Shown here: positions 30,570 to 39,204 of the stretch, one piece after another
Position numbering within the stretch: the stretch's first letter is position 1
How the letters are laid out: each line of letters begins with the position of its first letter
DNA from: Candidatus Levybacteria bacterium RIFCSPHIGHO2_01_FULL_41_15
Lineage (GTDB): Bacteria > Patescibacteriota > Microgenomatia > Levybacterales > UBA12049
DNA length: 64,000 nucleotides
Reading direction: 5' to 3'
NCBI GenBank assembly: GCA_001782165.1
Contig: MFNV01000002.1
Coordinates: 81,002-145,001, forward strand
Translations under genes and position numbers: made by a program
The notes under the pieces: model-generated
The model's input: only the letters and a program-made list of their open reading frames with translations
What the model was told of the DNA's origin: nothing
Database searches by the model: none

Positions 30570-30615
30570 CTTGAATTTTACCTCTTATTAAACATAAAAT
30601 AATATATACCTGTCT

Positions 30616-31884
30616 ATGTCAAAAATCAAAAGCATAACAGCTCGGGAAATACTGAATTCAAAAGGGATACCCACAGTAGAAGCAATAGTTACGTTGTCAA
30701 ACGGAGTTGTAGCTTCTGCATCAGTGCCGGGAAGGACATCGGTCGGGGGATTTGAGGCAGCCGAAATAACAGACGGTGATCCACAGAGGTTCAACGGTAA
30801 AGGAGTCAAAAAAGTTGTGTCAAATGTAGTAGATATCATATCACCAAAACTTATAGGACTGGAATCAGATAAACAGCAGGAAATTGACAGAATTATGATA
30901 GAACTTGACGGAACCCAGAATAAATCAAGACTTGGAGTAAATAGCATTCTTCCGGTCTCTATGGCTATTGCTAAGGCTTCGGCCAGAAACTATCTCCTGC
31001 CTCTTTTTGCTTACTTAAAAGAGCATATTAACAAACAAAATTTGGCGCTTAAGATTCCTACTCCTTGTTTTAATATCTTCAACGGGGGAAGAATTGCGGG
31101 GGGGAATCTTGACTTTCAGTCTTTTCTTCTTATTCCGGCAACTTCAAAGGGCTATCCTGAAGCACTCCAAATAGGAGTAAACACTTACAGTCTTATTAAA
31201 TCAGCCTTAGAGTTTAAAAACTTGCCTACTCTTATAGGCGATGAAGGGGGATTCGGGCCCAGTCTCCCAAGCAATGAGGATGGCTTTAATATTCTAAAGC
31301 AAACAATTGAAAACACTTCCCTAAGACTTGGCTTTGATGTTTTCTTAGGACTTGACGCATCAGCAAACAATTTCTATTCGGAAAAGAAATATAAAATTAA
31401 GGACAGCGTAATGCAGCTTACGACTCAGGACCTTATTGACTATTATTCTCAGTTAGATAAGAAGTTCCGCATATTATATCTTGAAGACCCCTTATACGAG
31501 GAGGATTGGGACGGATGGGCTGAGCTTTCTGAGAAAATTTCTCAAAATACCATAATCGTAGGCGATCACCTAACATCAACTAATCCCTTTAGACTCCAGA
31601 CTGCATTAGACAAGAAGGCAATATCGGGTATCGTGATAAAACCCAGTCAGGTAGGGACGGTTATGGAATCTTTGGCGGTAATCGAAGTAGCGCGTCAAGC
31701 CGGTCTTAAAATTATTGTTTCATCGACAAGTGCGGAGACTACAGATGATTTTATTGCAGATTTTTCTGTCGCGGTATCAGCCGATTATGTCAAATTCGGC
31801 GCGCCCTCAAGGGGAGAGAACGTTTCAAAATATAACAGGCTTCTTGCAATAAATGATGAAATTAAAAACCTTAAATCAACTTAA
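30616..31884 (+). CDS. eno: Enolase homolog with a divergent active site
   Basis: AREILNSKG.PTVE, DGT.NKSRLG.N, GDEGGF, EDP, K..Q.GT, KYNRLL; several catalytic motifs altered. Confidence 0.85.
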   Translation: MSKIKSITAREILNSKGIPTVEAIVTLSNGVVASASVPGRTSVGGFEAAEITDGDPQRFNGKGVKKVVSNVVDIISPKLIGLESDKQQEIDRIMIELDGTQNKSRLGVNSILPVSMAIAKASARNYLLPLFAYLKEHINKQNLALKIPTPCFNIFNGGRIAGGNLDFQSFLLIPATSKGYPEALQIGVNTYSLIKSALEFKNLPTLIGDEGGFGPSLPSNEDGFNILKQTIENTSLRLGFDVFLGLDASANNFYSEKKYKIKDSVMQLTTQDLIDYYSQLDKKFRILYLEDPLYEEDWDGWAELSEKISQNTIIVGDHLTSTNPFRLQTALDKKAISGIVIKPSQVGTVMESLAVIEVARQAGLKIIVSSTSAETTDDFIADFSVAVSADYVKFGAPSRGENVSKYNRLLAINDEIKNLKST

Positions 31885-32583
31885 CACAATTGTAAATTCT
31901 CCCTTGGGATTATTTTTGCCGTAGAAATTAAGAAATTCAGATATTTTTCTTTTTTTTGTCTCTTCATGGATTTTCGTCATTTCACGAGCTATAACTATTT
32001 CTATATCACCAAAAATTTCTTTAATTTCGGATAGGGTTTTGAGTAGCTTATGAGGAGCCTCATAGAAAATTATGGTAAATTTTAAATATTTTTTTGCCTT
32101 AAGGATACTTTTAAAAAATCTACTTCTATTCCCCTTTTTCCGAGGAGGGTAACCTGCAAAGAGAAATTTATCTGTCGGAAGACCTGAAGAAACAAGTGCC
32201 GAAATCAAAGCTGAAGGACCCGGAATTGATATGATTTTTATGCCGCAATTTATGCATTCTCTGACGAGCTTAAATCCGGGATCCGAAATTGCAGGGGTTC
32301 CCGCATCAGAGATAAGAGATATCTTCAGTCCGTTTTTAAGGCCGTTTATCAGTTGGCTTATTCTTTTCATTTCAATTTGTTCATAGTATGAAATAAGCTC
32401 GGGGCTTTTCCGGTTCTCTCCATAAATCTTTTGATAAATAGGTTTTATAGAGTTTAACAGTATCCCCGCTCTTCTGGTGTCCTCACAAGCTATTAAATCA
32501 GACTCAAGCAGAGTTTTTACCGCACGAAGAGAAATATCTTCCAAATTTCCTATTGGAGTTGCCACTAAATAAAGAATTCCCAT
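31876..32583 (-). CDS. rsmI: 16S rRNA C1402 2'-O-methyltransferase
   Basis: LYLVATPIGNLEDIS.RA, CEDTR, SDAGTP.ISDPG, REMTKIHE. Confidence 0.96.
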   Translation of the reverse strand: MGILYLVATPIGNLEDISLRAVKTLLESDLIACEDTRRAGILLNSIKPIYQKIYGENRKSPELISYYEQIEMKRISQLINGLKNGLKISLISDAGTPAISDPGFKLVRECINCGIKIISIPGPSALISALVSSGLPTDKFLFAGYPPRKKGNRSRFFKSILKAKKYLKFTIIFYEAPHKLLKTLSEIKEIFGDIEIVIAREMTKIHEETKKRKISEFLNFYGKNNPKGEFTIVLS

Positions 32584-32618
32584 GAGGTAATTAAATCTAT
32601 TTTAGAAAAATAAAACAA

Positions 32619-33245
32619 TTAAAACTTTCTTACAAGACCAACAACCTTACCCTGAAGAATAAGTTTGTTTGGGTATATAGGATCCATCTGTGAATTGGCG
32701 GGCTTTAATACTACTCTTCCGTCTTCTTTATAATATTTTTTTAATGTTGCGAGGTTATCATCGACTATTGCAACTACTATATCCCCATTTGCTATATCAA
32801 TTTCTTTCTCAATAACCACATAATCTCCATCAAGTATCCCATCTTCTATTAAAGACGAACCTTTTATCTTAAGCACATAGGCAGTTCTTTTTCCGGAAAG
32901 AAGTGAAGCTGAAACCTGAAAAGTTGCGTTCGGATCTGTGTGGGGCTCCAGAGGTTTTCCCGCAGCTATATAGCCCATCAAAGGAAGATCTATAGAAGGC
33001 TGAACTCCCAGAAAATTCATTTTTACCTTGTCTTCAATAATCTTAAGAACCCTGGTATTTCCTTCTACTTTCTGCACATACCCTTTCTCCACCAAGGATC
33101 TTATGAGAGCGTGGATTGTCGATTTGCTTCTGTGATTGGTCGCCTTTGCAAGCTCAGAAAGAGTCGGAGAATATCCGTATTGGGCTTGAAATTGCGCAAG
33201 ATATTCCAGAAGCTCCCTTTCTTTCTTATATAGAACACCGGCCAT
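32619..33245 (-). CDS. lexA: SOS repressor LexA
   Basis: wHTH (GYSPTLSE), AAG cleavage site, G.S (Ser) and TLK (Lys) catalytic dyad; likely start ATG 33245. Confidence 0.95.
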   Translation of the reverse strand: MAGVLYKKERELLEYLAQFQAQYGYSPTLSELAKATNHRSKSTIHALIRSLVEKGYVQKVEGNTRVLKIIEDKVKMNFLGVQPSIDLPLMGYIAAGKPLEPHTDPNATFQVSASLLSGKRTAYVLKIKGSSLIEDGILDGDYVVIEKEIDIANGDIVVAIVDDNLATLKKYYKEDGRVVLKPANSQMDPIYPNKLILQGKVVGLVRKF

Positions 33246-33286
33246 ACGTTCCGCTCCGCTCAGCATGTTGAGTAAAATCGAAGCAT

Positions 33287-33313
33287 ATGAAATTTATACG
33301 AAAAATACACAAA
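33287..33313 (-). promoter_or_regulatory. Candidate LexA operator (pentamer direct repeats, 11-bp period)
   Basis: Minus strand TTTGT-N6-TTCGT-N6-TTCAT between lexA and uvrB; similar TTCGT-N6-TTCTA upstream of dinB. Confidence 0.45.
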
Positions 33314-33369
33314 CTTATCAAGATGACAAATCTACTCAAAATACCTCAATAATGTTAAAATGAATCACC

Positions 33370-35373
33370 ATGAAATTTAAATTAATTTCAAACTTTTCTC
33401 CGACAGGAGATCAACCCCAAGCTATAAAAAAGCTCTCTGAAAACATTGGAAACAATACAAGGCATCAGGTTCTTCTTGGCGTGACAGGTTCGGGAAAAAC
33501 TTTCACTCTTGCGAATTTGATTGAGAAAGTCCAAAAGCCCACTCTTGTTATCTCTCATAACAAAACCCTTGCGGCGCAACTTTATCAAGAATTTAGGGAT
33601 TTTTTTCCAAATAATGCGGTTTGTTACTTCGTTTCTTATTATGATTATTACCAACCCGAGGCATATATTCCCCAGACAGATACATATATTGAAAAAGAAA
33701 CAGAAATAAACGAGGAAATAGATAAGCTTAGATTGTCGGCAACCGCAAATCTTTTAGCAAGAAACGATGTAATTGTGGTTGCATCCGTTTCCTGCATTTA
33801 TAATTTGGGATCACCTGTTGAATACGGTAAGTTTATTCTTGAGGCAAGAAAAGGAATGAGGGCATCATTGAGAAGCCTTGTGCTAAGACTTGCGGACCTT
33901 CAGTATGAAAGAAATGAATACACTGTAAAACGCGGAGTCTTCAGAGTAAGAGGCAGCAGCATTGATCTTTTCCCTTCATATTCCGACTTTGGGTTAAGAT
34001 TGGAAACCAAAGAAGACTTTCTGACAGGTATTCAAGAATTTGATCCTCTGACCGGAAATACTATCGCATCACCTCAGGCTTCTGTGATATACCCTGCAAA
34101 GCACTATATGACAGACCCTAAGACTTACGGGCAAGTTTTTAAAGAAATTAAAAAAGACCTTAAAAACAGAGTTTTAGAATTGCGAAATCAGGGAAAAGAG
34201 CTTGAAGCTCATAGACTTATTCAAAGAACCAATTTTGATCTTCAGATGATACGAGAGGTAGGATATGTAAACGGAATAGAAAATTATTCAAGGTACTTTG
34301 AAGGAAGAAATCCGGGAGAACCTCCTTATACCCTTCTTGATTATTTTGATCAAGGACGCCCCAGTAAAGACTGGCTTTGCATAATAGATGAATCGCATAT
34401 CAGTCTACCCCAAATCCGGGGAATGTATAGAGGCGATAGGGCAAGAAAAGAAGTTCTTATAGATTATGGATTTAGGCTTGCCTCAGCTCTTGATAACAGG
34501 CCCCTAAAATTTGAAGAATTCAATCGAAAAATGCCGCAATTTATCTATGTAAGCGCAACCCCCTCAGATTATGAGCTGTCTTTGGCAAAAGAATATAAAA
34601 ACGGAGTAGTCCAACAATTAATAAGGCCGACCGGACTCATCGATCCGAAGATCACCATTAAACCTGCTAAGGGACAGATTAATGGTCTCATATCAGAAAT
34701 TAAAAAAAGGGCAAAAAAGAAGGAGAGAACTTTGGTTACAACACTTACCAAAAGGATGGCAGAAGATTTGTCATCGTTTCTTGAGGCAAAAGGATTAAAA
34801 ATTTCGTACCTTCATTCCGATATTGCAACCTTAGACCGTCAGGATGTGTTGGATAAACTTCGCCTCGGTGATTACGATGTAATAGTCGGAATAAATCTCT
34901 TAAGAGAAGGCCTTGATCTTCCCGAAGTCTCATTGGTAGCAATTCTTGATGCGGACAAAGAGGGATTCCTAAGGAGCAAAACGTCTTTGATTCAAACAAT
35001 GGGAAGAGCGGCAAGACACATAAATGCCGAGGTTATATTGTATGCGGATAATATAACTTCTTCTATGAGTAGAGCAATAAAAGAAGTTAAGAGAAGAAGA
35101 GCTATTCAAATTGCTTACAATAAAAAACATAACATAAAACCTAAAGGAATAAAAAAAGAAATTAGGGCAAAACTTGTTGAAAAAGAAGAGGTCGAGGATA
35201 AGGATCTTGATGTCCTTCTTTCTCTGTCTTCAAAAGAAGTCATGCTTGCGGATGAGAAAGAAATCCTAATCCGCAAACTCACATCTGAAATGAGAAAGTC
35301 GGCAAGAGAACTTGATTTTGAAAAAGCCGCAAGGATAAGAGATAGAATTAGGATTCTAAAGGAAGACTACTGA
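33370..35373 (+). CDS. uvrB: Excinuclease ABC subunit B
   Basis: PTGDQPQAI, GVTGSGKT, YYDYYQPEAY, DESH, C-terminal UVR domain. Confidence 0.98.
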   Translation: MKFKLISNFSPTGDQPQAIKKLSENIGNNTRHQVLLGVTGSGKTFTLANLIEKVQKPTLVISHNKTLAAQLYQEFRDFFPNNAVCYFVSYYDYYQPEAYIPQTDTYIEKETEINEEIDKLRLSATANLLARNDVIVVASVSCIYNLGSPVEYGKFILEARKGMRASLRSLVLRLADLQYERNEYTVKRGVFRVRGSSIDLFPSYSDFGLRLETKEDFLTGIQEFDPLTGNTIASPQASVIYPAKHYMTDPKTYGQVFKEIKKDLKNRVLELRNQGKELEAHRLIQRTNFDLQMIREVGYVNGIENYSRYFEGRNPGEPPYTLLDYFDQGRPSKDWLCIIDESHISLPQIRGMYRGDRARKEVLIDYGFRLASALDNRPLKFEEFNRKMPQFIYVSATPSDYELSLAKEYKNGVVQQLIRPTGLIDPKITIKPAKGQINGLISEIKKRAKKKERTLVTTLTKRMAEDLSSFLEAKGLKISYLHSDIATLDRQDVLDKLRLGDYDVIVGINLLREGLDLPEVSLVAILDADKEGFLRSKTSLIQTMGRAARHINAEVILYADNITSSMSRAIKEVKRRRAIQIAYNKKHNIKPKGIKKEIRAKLVEKEEVEDKDLDVLLSLSSKEVMLADEKEILIRKLTSEMRKSARELDFEKAARIRDRIRILKEDY

Positions 35374-35729
35374 CTGATATTTTTTACAAGCTCTATGCTT
35401 TCCAAACTTTTATCATGGTAAAGTTTTACCGAAACAGCATCTATCCGAAGGCTGTCAGGAAGATTCTTGTTCATAGTTTTATAAAAAACCGCAGTTTTTG
35501 TAATGCTTCTTAGTTTCCAAGGTGTTATTGACTCAAGGGGGGTTCCATATAGATTTCCTATCCTGGTTTTCACTTCAACAAAAACCAGGGACTCTTTTTC
35601 AATAGCAACGATATCCAGCTCTCCGTATCCTTTTCGGAAATTCCTTTCTATTATTCTGTAGCCCTTTTTTTGAAGATATTTGCAGGCTAAATCTTCGCCT
35701 ATTTTGGCTATGGGATTTGCAACCCTCAT
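35367..35729 (-). CDS. YraN/UPF0102 endonuclease-like protein
   Basis: GEDLA..YL..KGY.I..RN, GELDIV, FVEVKTR, RID. Confidence 0.92.
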   Translation of the reverse strand: MRVANPIAKIGEDLACKYLQKKGYRIIERNFRKGYGELDIVAIEKESLVFVEVKTRIGNLYGTPLESITPWKLRSITKTAVFYKTMNKNLPDSLRIDAVSVKLYHDKSLESIELVKNISQ

Positions 35730-35731
35730 TT

Positions 35732-36007
35732 TTAAGACTTTCTTAGATACGTCAACTTTGCTCTTCTCACTCTTTTTTTAGGATGGGACTTTACCGCCAC
35801 TTTCTCCAAAGAAGGAGAGTCTAACGGCCATATCCTTTCAACAGCCACATCTGCGACAATTTTTCTTACTGTAAATGTCTTATCTTCTCCCCTTCCTCTT
35901 ATCTTAAGAACAGTGCCTTCAAAAATTTGGGTCCTTATTTTTGAGTCCTCTTTAATTTTTTGATAAACTTTTACAATGTCCCCTGGTGCAAAATTCAAAT
36001 CTATCAT
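35732..36007 (-). CDS. rplS: 50S ribosomal protein L19
   Basis: F.PGD.VKV...I.E..K.R.Q.FEG, FTVRK, VRRAKL.YLR. Confidence 0.96.
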   Translation of the reverse strand: MIDLNFAPGDIVKVYQKIKEDSKIRTQIFEGTVLKIRGRGEDKTFTVRKIVADVAVERIWPLDSPSLEKVAVKSHPKKRVRRAKLTYLRKS

Positions 36008-36039
36008 AAGGATCAATTATAGCTTAAGCTTAGGTCTTT

Positions 36040-37803
36040 TTACAAGCCCGCTTTGTTCGCCTTGTGCCGGAGAGTGCTGGAGAGGCAGGCTTCAATAAAG
36101 GCAAGAAAAATTGGATGAGGAGTTAAGGGTCTGCTTTTATACTCTGGATGACCCTGTGTTCCAAGATAGAATGGGTGTTTGTCTTTGGGCAATTCTATAA
36201 TCTCAGCAAGTTTTTCTACAACCGATCTTGCCGAAATCATCAATCCATTTTTTTCAAAATCACCCGTATATTTATCGTTAAACTCATACCTATGTCTATG
36301 TCGCTCTGATGTAAGGTTTTTACTTTTATTAACAAACCCATTGTATTTGTCATATATTTCATAAGCTCTTGTGCCTTTTTTGACTATCGCATCCCATGCT
36401 CCAAGCCGCATGGTTCCTCCGTAGGCCCTTTTTTCCATATTTTTTTTTTGCTTGGGCATAAGGTGTATAACCGGATATTTTGTAAACTTGTTGTTTTCGG
36501 TAGTGTTTGCGTCTTTGAATCCTAAAACATCTCTTGCAAAAGAAACTACTGCAAGCTGCATTCCGTAGCAGAGTCCAAGGTAGGGAATTTTGTTTCTTCT
36601 GGCAAAGCCTGCGGCAATTATCATTCCCTCTGCTCCCCGCTTTCCCCAACCGATAGGAATTATTATGCCGTCCGGTTTATCTATAATTTGTTTCAAAGCT
36701 TCTTCCTTCTTGTTCTCCGAAGTTTTAGCGTAGAAGGATTCTATTTTTTCAGCATCAATCCATTTTGTTTTAACATCTGTGTTAAGATTCCATGCCGCAT
36801 GGTCTATAGCATCAAATAAAGCCGCGTATGAGTCTTTAAGCTGATAATCTCCTGTTCCGAAATATTTTCCCACAATCGCTATCTCTATGATCTTTTTTTT
36901 CTTTTTTTTGAGTCTCTCAAGTAAATTGCTCCATTTAACAAGATCGGGTTTTCTGATCTTAAGGCTTAATTTTTTCATAATTTTTTCATCAAGGCTCTGG
37001 GAATGAAGGATCATTGGAATTTCATAAATCGTTGGGATGTCGGGGCTTGAAATTATGTCTTCTGTATGCATGTTGCAGAAAAGCGCGAGTCTGTCTTTTC
37101 TTCTTTGATCAAGAAGTTTCTCAGACCTTGTAACAATAAAATCCGGTTGAATACCCATTGAGTTGAGCATTTTTACTGAAAGTTGAGTTGGCTTTGTCTT
37201 GGGTTCGCCTAAGTGGCCGGGGGTAGGAACATAAGTTACATGAACATGAACAACATCGCCGGGCTTTTTCAAAGTAAGAATTCTTGCCGCCTCATAGTAA
37301 AGGACGTTTTGATACTCTCCTGCTGTTCCTCCCAGTTCTATTATCGCGATATCCGAATTATTTTTTTTAACCAACCTATCAATTTTTTCTACCACCTCAT
37401 CGGTAATATATGGAATTGCCTCGACATCTTCACCATTGTATTCAAATCTTCTTTCTCTATCGATAACGGTTTTGTATATAAGACCCATTGTGACAAAGTT
37501 ATTTCTTCCCATATCCTCATGAAGAAACTTTTCATAGCTTCCTATATCCATATCCGCTTCAGTTCCGTCCTCGCAAAGAAAAGGATCCCCATGCTCGATG
37601 GGATTTATGGTACCCGCGTCAATGTTTAAATAGTTTTCAAACTTTATTGGAGAAACTTTATATCCTGCAGATTTCAGAAGAAAGGCAATAGAGGCTACTG
37701 TAGTTCCTTTGCCGATTCCCGAAATTACTCCTCCTGAGACAAAAATATACTTAGTTCTGAGCTTGCCTGTAGTGAGCTTGTCGAATCTATTTGATAGGGG
37801 CAC
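36040..37803 (-). CDS. pyrG: CTP synthase (with in-frame palindromic inserts)
   Basis: KYIFVSGGVISGIGKG, KTKPTQ, GLCYGMQ, ERHRHRYE, HPE; likely start GTG 37803. Confidence 0.97.
   Translation of the reverse strand: MPLSNRFDKLTTGKLRTKYIFVSGGVISGIGKGTTVASIAFLLKSAGYKVSPIKFENYLNIDAGTINPIEHGDPFLCEDGTEADMDIGSYEKFLHEDMGRNNFVTMGLIYKTVIDRERRFEYNGEDVEAIPYITDEVVEKIDRLVKKNNSDIAIIELGGTAGEYQNVLYYEAARILTLKKPGDVVHVHVTYVPTPGHLGEPKTKPTQLSVKMLNSMGIQPDFIVTRSEKLLDQRRKDRLALFCNMHTEDIISSPDIPTIYEIPMILHSQSLDEKIMKKLSLKIRKPDLVKWSNLLERLKKKKKKIIEIAIVGKYFGTGDYQLKDSYAALFDAIDHAAWNLNTDVKTKWIDAEKIESFYAKTSENKKEEALKQIIDKPDGIIIPIGWGKRGAEGMIIAAGFARRNKIPYLGLCYGMQLAVVSFARDVLGFKDANTTENNKFTKYPVIHLMPKQKKNMEKRAYGGTMRLGAWDAIVKKGTRAYEIYDKYNGFVNKSKNLTSERHRHRYEFNDKYTGDFEKNGLMISARSVVEKLAEIIELPKDKHPFYLGTQGHPEYKSRPLTPHPIFLAFIEACLSSTLRHKANKAGL
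36709..36738 (-). mobile_element. 30-nt palindromic element inserted in-frame in pyrG (encodes SFYAKTSENK)
   Basis: TCCTTCTACGCTAAAACTTCGGAGAACAAG; same length and layout as the copies at 2741-2770 and 39205-39234. Confidence 0.6.
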
Positions 37804-37955
37804 AATTAATACTATCAAAACTATCCAGGCCCCGTCAATGGGCATTTTTCAACTCATTCCGTAAAACTCTCTCCGCTTTTTTCTATGGGTAACTTAAGTT
37901 ATATTATTTGTGTTAAAATTAAAAACTGAAACAAAATTTTGTAGTATAATCGCCT

Positions 37956-38267
37956 ATGAATGAGAGAAACAGGAGACTATTTGAGCGTGGCAAATCGTAT
38001 GTTTTGACTGCAAAATTAGTTTACGGGATGTATGTATTTATTACCGTAGCTTCTACAACTGCAATTGCCGTTTCCATCCCTTCTTCGGTTTTGGAGGTTC
38101 TTCCTAAATGGGCAAATATTGCGTTGGCAACTTCAGGCGGTTTGAATTTACCCAGCTTAACCGTAGCTTTACCCAAAATGAGAAGATGGATAAAAAATGC
38201 AGACAAGGAAATTAAAGATTTTAAAAGAACTCATATTAATGTTCCGGCCGGGTCCCAAAACAACTAG
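37956..38267 (+). CDS. Hypothetical membrane protein
   Basis: 103 aa, two hydrophobic segments, TATAAT 5 nt upstream of the ATG. Confidence 0.55.
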   Translation: MNERNRRLFERGKSYVLTAKLVYGMYVFITVASTTAIAVSIPSSVLEVLPKWANIALATSGGLNLPSLTVALPKMRRWIKNADKEIKDFKRTHINVPAGSQNN

Positions 38268-38347
38268 ATCCACTCATTTAAAATTCTTAAGAAAATGGGA
38301 ATAATTAAAAAATAAAAAATTATTCTGATTTGCTATAATAATTAAGC

Positions 38348-38526
38348 GCGGAGTTAGTACACCGGCAGTATACTACCTTCCTCCGCCTGCATTTGCCATG
38401 CGATGGTAGTTCAATGGTAGAACGTCTCCTTCCCAAGGAGAAGGCTGAGGGTTCGATCCCCTTTCATCGCTCAAATTATGGCGGGCAGGCAAGGTGGAGA
38501 AGCGAGTTCGATTCTCGTACTCCGTT
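38348..38526 (+). tRNA. Outer (interrupted) tRNA-Gly(CCC): exons 38348-38381 and 38490-38526, 108-nt insert at 35/36
   Basis: Joined halves give GCGGAGT/ACTCCGT, GTAC/GTAT, CTACC-TTCC^CAA-GGTGG, GCGAG-TTCGATT-CTCGT, U73. Confidence 0.8.
38400..38471 (+). tRNA. Inner tRNA-Gly(CCC) nested in the anticodon of the outer tRNA-Gly
   Basis: GCGATGG/TCATCGC, GTTC/GAAC, TCTCC-TTCCCAA-GGAGA, GAGGG-TTCGATC-CCCTT, U73. Confidence 0.93.
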
Positions 38527-38529
38527 CAC

Positions 38530-39129
38530 CTATCGCGGGATTTTTAAAACATTACCTGAGAATATTAGATCCGGATTTGTGAGCTTATTTTCCTTTGCAA
38601 TCTTGACCCATGAATATCCGTCTCCGTAGGCCCTTACGGAGATTTCCCAAAGATTATCGTTTTGTTGTACCCTATAACTGTTTCCCGAAATTGACGGTTT
38701 TTCGCCACTTTTTTCTGCAAGCACTGTAATTTCCTTGGATTTTACGTCGGGAATAACAAGTTTTGTTCCGGCTGATATAACATCTGGATTAGGCAATTTA
38801 TTTGCAGAAGCGATATCTACCCAGTTATACCCCGATTTGAAAAAGTCCTCTGAAATTTTCCATAAGGTATCTCCTTGTTTTATCGTGTAATTCCTTGCTC
38901 CTTTTTCTCCGGGTTTTGGGGACAATTGCGATTCAATATCCGGCTTAAACTCAAGGGAACTTGTGTCCTGTTTTTTTTGATTCTTTACGAAAATAACTCC
39001 CAAGGCCACAATAATTACAACAACTATCAAGCCAATTGCCAGACTAACATAGGATTCTTCTAAATTGAGGTTTGGAATTAAATTCAATATCGAAGCTTTT
39101 TTTTTGTTTATATTTTTTTTTCTTGGCAT
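38530..39129 (-). CDS. Membrane-anchored protein with two LysM domains
   Basis: TM segment, then YTIKQGDTLWKIS and YRVQQNDNLWEIS; SD GAAAGGAGG. Confidence 0.93.
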   Translation of the reverse strand: MPRKKNINKKKASILNLIPNLNLEESYVSLAIGLIVVVIIVALGVIFVKNQKKQDTSSLEFKPDIESQLSPKPGEKGARNYTIKQGDTLWKISEDFFKSGYNWVDIASANKLPNPDVISAGTKLVIPDVKSKEITVLAEKSGEKPSISGNSYRVQQNDNLWEISVRAYGDGYSWVKIAKENKLTNPDLIFSGNVLKIPR

Positions 39130-39204
39130 AAACCTCCTTTCCGAGCAGTTGTTTTACGGGGCAGATTTTTAGTCCTAAAGATTACGCACTTCCCTTCAAT
39201 CGGG

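Noticed and set aside
38382-38489. Group I or group II intron as the explanation for the anticodon inserts (also 57860-57968)
   Set aside because: Only about 36 nt remain after removing the inner tRNA, so there is no room for a ribozyme core, and position 35 is C or G rather than the U needed for the group I U-G splice site; only the terminal G fits.
38348-38526. Integrase att-site duplication (prophage or island integrated in tRNA)
   Set aside because: Inner and outer copies differ throughout, there is no integrase or cargo, and both halves of the outer gene are retained around a complete inner gene.
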